Virus record (IMG/VR): IMGVR_UViG_3300021425_000028
Reading direction: 5' to 3' (one strand)
Source of the DNA: an uncultured virus (IMG/VR IMGVR_UViG_3300021425_000028)
Taxonomy: Duplodnaviria > Heunggongvirae > Uroviricota > Caudoviricetes
DNA length: 20,000 nt
The notes beneath the pieces were generated by a model that was given only the letters and a program-made list of their open reading frames with translations, did not search any database and had not been told where the DNA came from. Positions 16,148 to 20,000 of this stretch are shown here, piece after piece. The position numbers were made by a program, and so were the translations under genes. How positions within the stretch are numbered: position 1 is the first letter of the stretch; each line of letters begins with the position of its first letter.

Positions 16148-19100
16148 ATGGCAAAATGTTTAGAACTACTTAGTGGAAGAGAAGATCTTTTAGCCTTATA
16201 TAAGGATATAGACTCAAATGACAAAGAGGCAATGCTAGATATTGCGCAAAATTCATTTAAGGAACTGCATGATGAATTAGAAGAATTAAAGTCTAAAACA
16301 ATACCAGGCCATAAGAAGTCGAAATTCATTGCTCCAAAAATTGATGATGAAATTATTGCTGCTCCAAAACCTAAGAAAGGAGAGGGCAAAGCAAAAGAGG
16401 CGCTTCAACAAATAGTTGATATTGCTGATGAGAATGGAGTGGCTATAGAGTTAGATGTTGTGCCAGAAAATACAAGTACTTCTAAAGATCGTTTGGTGTC
16501 TCTTTATGAAGGTTTTGGATTTGTGATGGATAAAGATTCAGATACTAGAATGGTTAGAAAACCAAAGCAAAAAGAATCGTTTAAGCCATTAACAAAAGAG
16601 GAGATAAGGGAAGCAGAAGAAGTAAAGAAGTCGAAAAAGACATTATTTAATCGCGCATACTCTGGACAGACCGATGAGGAAATAAAAAAAGCAATAGCTA
16701 GACATGGGCTTACTAGAGAAGTGGAGAGTGAGGCCATCGCAACAGATATAGCGAATCAGATAATCGCAGAAGTTGGGCTAGAAAATGCATTCGAAGCTGT
16801 AAACAATAGGCAAATAGGTGGCGCTCCAGCTGCACTAATAGCTGGACGAATGGTAGACTTTGTTAAGTCCAAAATGGAAGGTGATATTTCTCAGCAAGAA
16901 GCCGATGAATTAATGATTGCTCAAGCCAATGTGCTAAATGTATTTGACTCCCTTGCTAAAGAAAGCGGCCGATTAATCAAGGCGTTACAATGGGTCTATG
17001 AAAAATCAGACTTCACGTTTGATTATGAATACCAAGTAGAGTTATTCAAGCGAGTAAATGGAGGTGAAATCAGCTTGGAGCAAGAAGCTCAAATCAAAAA
17101 GATTACAGACGAATTATCGGATCTTAAAAAGAAATTAGAAGAGGTTGAGGAAAAGCATAAAAAAGAACTAGAGCAGCAGATCATCGATGGAATAAAAGAT
17201 CATATTCAAAAATCGGCCAAGAAGAAAGCGCCTCAAAAACTTACGGGTAAAAAACGAGTGGCTAAAGGATTGGAAGACTTATTAAAAGCTACGGGTAGCA
17301 TAAGTATGGCTGTTGGCGAGGTTAGACCGGAAATTACCAAGGCATTAACGGACATTGGTATTGGTTTGATTGAAGAAGGGGTGGCCACAACTGAAAACGT
17401 CATTAAGAAGTTAGCTGACTACCTAAAAAAGAATAATGTCAAAAATGTTAAGCTAAACGATTACAAAGAATCGATTCAAACATCAATTGACGAGTATGCT
17501 TCTAAGGAAACAACCGGTGGGAAGATGAAAATTCCACATGCAATGATTCGTGAACTTGTTGAGGCAGGATATGATACCATGGATTCATTGGTTGCAGCAG
17601 TTAAAGATGTGGTGCTTGCTGAGTACCCAGAGGTGACAGATCGCGAGATAATGGATGCTATTTCTGGATATGGAAGAACGATCAACCAGAGTAAAGATCA
17701 ACTAGATAAAGAAATTTATCGAATGAAGCGAGTCATGAGACTTACTTCAGCTTTAGAAGATGTTCGAAAGAAGATTAGACCAAAGAAATCAGGACTACAG
17801 AGAGATAAGCTTACTTCTGAGGAGAGAGCTTTGTCAAGAGAGTTGCGTGAATTAATGAAAGATCTTCCTATTGATCAAGAAACTTTAGATAATCAGTTGA
17901 AAACTTCATTAGATCGATCAAAGTCAATACTTCAAAATCAAATTGAGGATTTACAAAATGAGATTGATGCCAAAGAAAGAACTGAAAAGAAAGCAAGAAC
18001 TGCTGTTACTGATGCTGAATTAGAGCAGCTTAAAGAGGAAAGGGATGCAATCAAGAAAATACACGATAGTATTTTTAGAACTGATCAGGTTATTCAAGAA
18101 GAGAAGTTAGGCGCTGCCATCAAAGCAGCAGAAAGAACAAATGCAGAACTAGAACGCAAGATTAGGGATAAAGACCTTGAGCGTAAGAAGACTAAAGGAG
18201 CTGTAGAAACAGTAGCATTAAAATCTCTTAGAGATCAAAAGAAAAAGCTTCAAGACACTATTAAGCAACTACGCGATGAAAACGGTATCACTGAGCAGGA
18301 AAGAATAAACCAAGCTAGAGATCGGGCTAAGAAACGAATTGCTGACATTAATCGAAAGATTAAGGAAAAAGATTTTGCTCCAGCACCAAAGAAAAAAATC
18401 ATTTCTGATGCTGAATTAGATAAGATTAGAGCTGAAATTCTTACTAGAAAGCATGAGCTTGATAAACACCGTTATTTGGCTGAATTGGCAAACCAAAACA
18501 AAGTTGAGAAAACTGGCAGGCTTTTAAGAGGTCTTTGGGATATTTCAAGGATTTTAAAAGCAACTGGGGAGGCTTCGTGGATTGGCATTCAAAACGGAAT
18601 ATATACTGTTGTTTATGGATTAAGAAAGCCAAGTGTTTTAAAAGAGGCTGGAAAGAATTTATGGGATGCGTTTGCTAGTAAATCTAAAGGGAAGCAGCTT
18701 ACAAAAATTATTCAATCAAGTCCTCAGTATCCATTAATGAAAGATTCTAAGTTATCCATAACTGAGGAGAATGCTAAATTAAGCGCTCAAGAAGAACAAT
18801 TTATAGGTACGTTATTCGATGAGGCATGGAATCTTGTTGGATTCCCATTGCGGGTTTTAGATTTTGCTCCAATTAAAGGAAAGACAATATATGAAAGTTG
18901 GAAAGATGCAAATTTTCCAGCCGCGTTAGAAAGGGCAAATATTGCATACTCCAATACTTTAAAGGTTGCTAGATTTCAAGACGCTGTTGCTATGCTAGAA
19001 AAGCAAGGTATTTCATATGCCGATGATCCAAAAGCTTATAAAAATGCAGCAGATGTAGTAAATACATTTTCAGGTAGATCGTCTCTTGGAAGACTAGATC

Positions 19101-19900
19101 CGATGGCCGACTCATTAACGTTTATGTTTTTCTCGCCTAGATTATGGGCTTCAACTTTGAAGCAAGCTAGTCCAGCAGCAATGTATTGGGTAGGATACAG
19201 TTTAAAAGATCAGAGTGGAGGTAAATTTAAGCCGTCTGTGGCTCAGAAAATGGCCATAATTGATTTTATGACATCATTCTCTTTGACGATGAGCGCAGTG
19301 CTAATGGCTGCGGCTTACTATAACAATGATGATGATGATGAGACAGGAGTAAACTTTGACCCTACTTCAACCGATTTCATGCAAATCAAAATTGGAAATA
19401 CGAGAGTTGACCCATGGGCTGGTAAGCGACCTTTAATTGTCCTTCAGGCCAGGCTTTTAACACAAGCTTCAGCGTATGCCTTTGGGAAGAAAATAGAAGC
19501 GGAAGAGTACTGGCAAACTAGACCCCCTGGAGAGTTACTTCTAAATTATGCTAGAAACAAATTAGCCCCATCAGCATCTTTAGTTGCAAATTATATGTTA
19601 TCAAGTCAAAAAGAGGAAGATGGAGAAATGATTCTCGTTGATTCATGGGGAAATCCATTAACTGGAAAAGACGCGAGTTTTTATCAGAATGTAATTCCTA
19701 TTTACGCAGAAACATTGATAGAGCTATATAAAGAGCAGCCAGTAGTAATGGCTACATTTTTAACTTCTGCAGCATTCTTTGGAATAGGTACAAATACTTA
19801 TAATAGAGAGGAAAAGAAAAAGAAGAAAGGGAAAAATACAAGTGAAGTTGATATACCTCAATTGGATATTCCGGATTTAGATATACCAGACCTTGATTAA
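16148..19900 (+). CDS. Large ejection/cargo (polyvalent-type) protein, C-terminal half; first ~76 aa supplied by the inserted cassette
   Basis: 1250 aa. Residues ~77-140 form the C-terminal part of a GNAT-like fold, followed by long coiled-coil repeats. The C-terminal domain has FDPTSTDFMQIKIGNTRVDPWAG...RNKLAP and a hydrophobic end, a pattern I recall from large phage internal virion proteins. Confidence 0.7.
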   Translation: MAKCLELLSGREDLLALYKDIDSNDKEAMLDIAQNSFKELHDELEELKSKTIPGHKKSKFIAPKIDDEIIAAPKPKKGEGKAKEALQQIVDIADENGVAIELDVVPENTSTSKDRLVSLYEGFGFVMDKDSDTRMVRKPKQKESFKPLTKEEIREAEEVKKSKKTLFNRAYSGQTDEEIKKAIARHGLTREVESEAIATDIANQIIAEVGLENAFEAVNNRQIGGAPAALIAGRMVDFVKSKMEGDISQQEADELMIAQANVLNVFDSLAKESGRLIKALQWVYEKSDFTFDYEYQVELFKRVNGGEISLEQEAQIKKITDELSDLKKKLEEVEEKHKKELEQQIIDGIKDHIQKSAKKKAPQKLTGKKRVAKGLEDLLKATGSISMAVGEVRPEITKALTDIGIGLIEEGVATTENVIKKLADYLKKNNVKNVKLNDYKESIQTSIDEYASKETTGGKMKIPHAMIRELVEAGYDTMDSLVAAVKDVVLAEYPEVTDREIMDAISGYGRTINQSKDQLDKEIYRMKRVMRLTSALEDVRKKIRPKKSGLQRDKLTSEERALSRELRELMKDLPIDQETLDNQLKTSLDRSKSILQNQIEDLQNEIDAKERTEKKARTAVTDAELEQLKEERDAIKKIHDSIFRTDQVIQEEKLGAAIKAAERTNAELERKIRDKDLERKKTKGAVETVALKSLRDQKKKLQDTIKQLRDENGITEQERINQARDRAKKRIADINRKIKEKDFAPAPKKKIISDAELDKIRAEILTRKHELDKHRYLAELANQNKVEKTGRLLRGLWDISRILKATGEASWIGIQNGIYTVVYGLRKPSVLKEAGKNLWDAFASKSKGKQLTKIIQSSPQYPLMKDSKLSITEENAKLSAQEEQFIGTLFDEAWNLVGFPLRVLDFAPIKGKTIYESWKDANFPAALERANIAYSNTLKVARFQDAVAMLEKQGISYADDPKAYKNAADVVNTFSGRSSLGRLDPMADSLTFMFFSPRLWASTLKQASPAAMYWVGYSLKDQSGGKFKPSVAQKMAIIDFMTSFSLTMSAVLMAAAYYNNDDDDETGVNFDPTSTDFMQIKIGNTRVDPWAGKRPLIVLQARLLTQASAYAFGKKIEAEEYWQTRPPGELLLNYARNKLAPSASLVANYMLSSQKEEDGEMILVDSWGNPLTGKDASFYQNVIPIYAETLIELYKEQPVVMATFLTSAAFFGIGTNTYNREEKKKKKGKNTSEVDIPQLDIPDLDIPDLD
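19850..19897 (+). repeat. C-terminal pentapeptide repeat DIPQL-DIPDL-DIPDL-D
   Basis: 15-bp period with synonymous divergence: gatatacctcaattg / gatattccggattta / gatataccagacctt. Confidence 0.85.
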
Positions 19901-19915
19901 TTGTTAATAACTTCG

Positions 19916-19949
19916 TTTGTAAGATGAAACAATTATCTTTCTAACTTTG
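19916..19949 (+). promoter_or_regulatory. Bacteroidota-type promoter (TTTG at 19916-19919, TAACTTTG at 19942-19949)
   Basis: Exact TAnnTTTG -7 box in the intergenic gap, 21 nt upstream of the ATG at 19971, with a TTTG 22 nt further upstream (slightly longer than canonical spacing). Confidence 0.65.
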
Positions 19950-19970
19950 TAAAAATCAAATTTTATTGTA

Positions 19971-20000
19971 ATGGGATTATTAGACCAATATCAGCAAGCT
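19971..20000 (+). CDS. Start of the next gene (MGLLDQYQQA...), truncated by the window end
   Basis: ATG after an AT-rich leader and a promoter box; the frame is open to the window end, but only 10 codons are visible. Confidence 0.5.
   Translation, partial: MGLLDQYQQA

Larger units (their letters stand above)
14021..16375 (+). mobile_element. Putative in-frame inserted cassette (~2355 bp) splitting the giant cargo gene; no recombinase recognised
   Basis: The flanking ORFs share a reading frame. Joining 14020 to 16376 across a shared AAG gives IKLESIRSTK|KGEGKAKEALQQIVDIADENGVAIELDVVP...RLVSLYEGFGF, a continuous GNAT-like domain. The boundaries are approximate, within a few codons. Confidence 0.6.

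Noticed and set aside
14021..16375. Classical split intein flanking the cassette (CL dipeptides)
   Set aside because: An N-intein must begin with Cys/Ser right after the extein, and a C-intein must end in (H)N before C/S/T. Here the Cys residues are at the far ends of the tags, and there are no Hint block motifs or HN junction.
14021..16375. Self-splicing group I/II intron restoring the 2271-aa ORF
   Set aside because: The block is wall-to-wall coding with no room for a recognisable ribozyme core. It lacks a GUGYG 5' end and any maturase or homing endonuclease. RT-PCR would be needed to exclude this fully.
1329..18632. The short minus-strand and alternative-frame ORFs in the track (e.g. 1329..1583, 2051..2248, 4163..4492, 12247..12591, 16102..16389)
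   Set aside because: They lie within or across long plus-strand genes, look like antisense shadows of biased codon usage, and show no recognisable motifs.
10730..19900. Virion RNA polymerase as in crAss-like phages
   Set aside because: No DFDxD-type catalytic motif in a plausible context was seen; NNDDDDE and the DIPDLD tail are low-complexity.
19901..19911. TTGTTAATAAC as a DnaA-box-like site (TTATTAACA on the minus strand)
   Set aside because: It is a single mismatched copy in AT-rich intergenic DNA, which is insufficient support.
1..20000. CRISPR arrays, tRNA/rRNA genes, DGR template/variable repeats, integrase
   Set aside because: The window is almost entirely protein-coding. I saw no regularly spaced repeats, long near-identical duplications, or RT/recombinase motifs by eye.

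Overview
This window is the virion-morphogenesis region of a tailed phage with podovirus-type gene content, from the crAss-like/Flavobacteria-phage assemblage. A Bacteroidota host is likely, because TAnnTTTG promoter boxes occupy the two large intergenic gaps and a lipoprotein gene is present. Gene order: a portal gene (5'-truncated), an antisense lipoprotein 'moron', two ring/adaptor-like proteins, a small ORF, a tail stabilisation (muzzle-like) protein, and a set of large Cys-free ejection/cargo proteins, the first ending in a peptidase S74-type domain. The most striking feature is that the giant cargo gene appears to be cut in two, inside a GNAT-like domain, by an in-frame ~2355-bp cassette (~14021-16375) with no recognisable recombinase. 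The cassette carries three whole genes. It also gives the upstream half a new ~60-aa C-terminus ending '...INCL' and the downstream half a new ~76-aa N-terminus starting 'MAKCL...'. These two tags hold the only cysteines in ~3240 aa of cargo protein. All family assignments come from motif recognition by eye; no database search was run.
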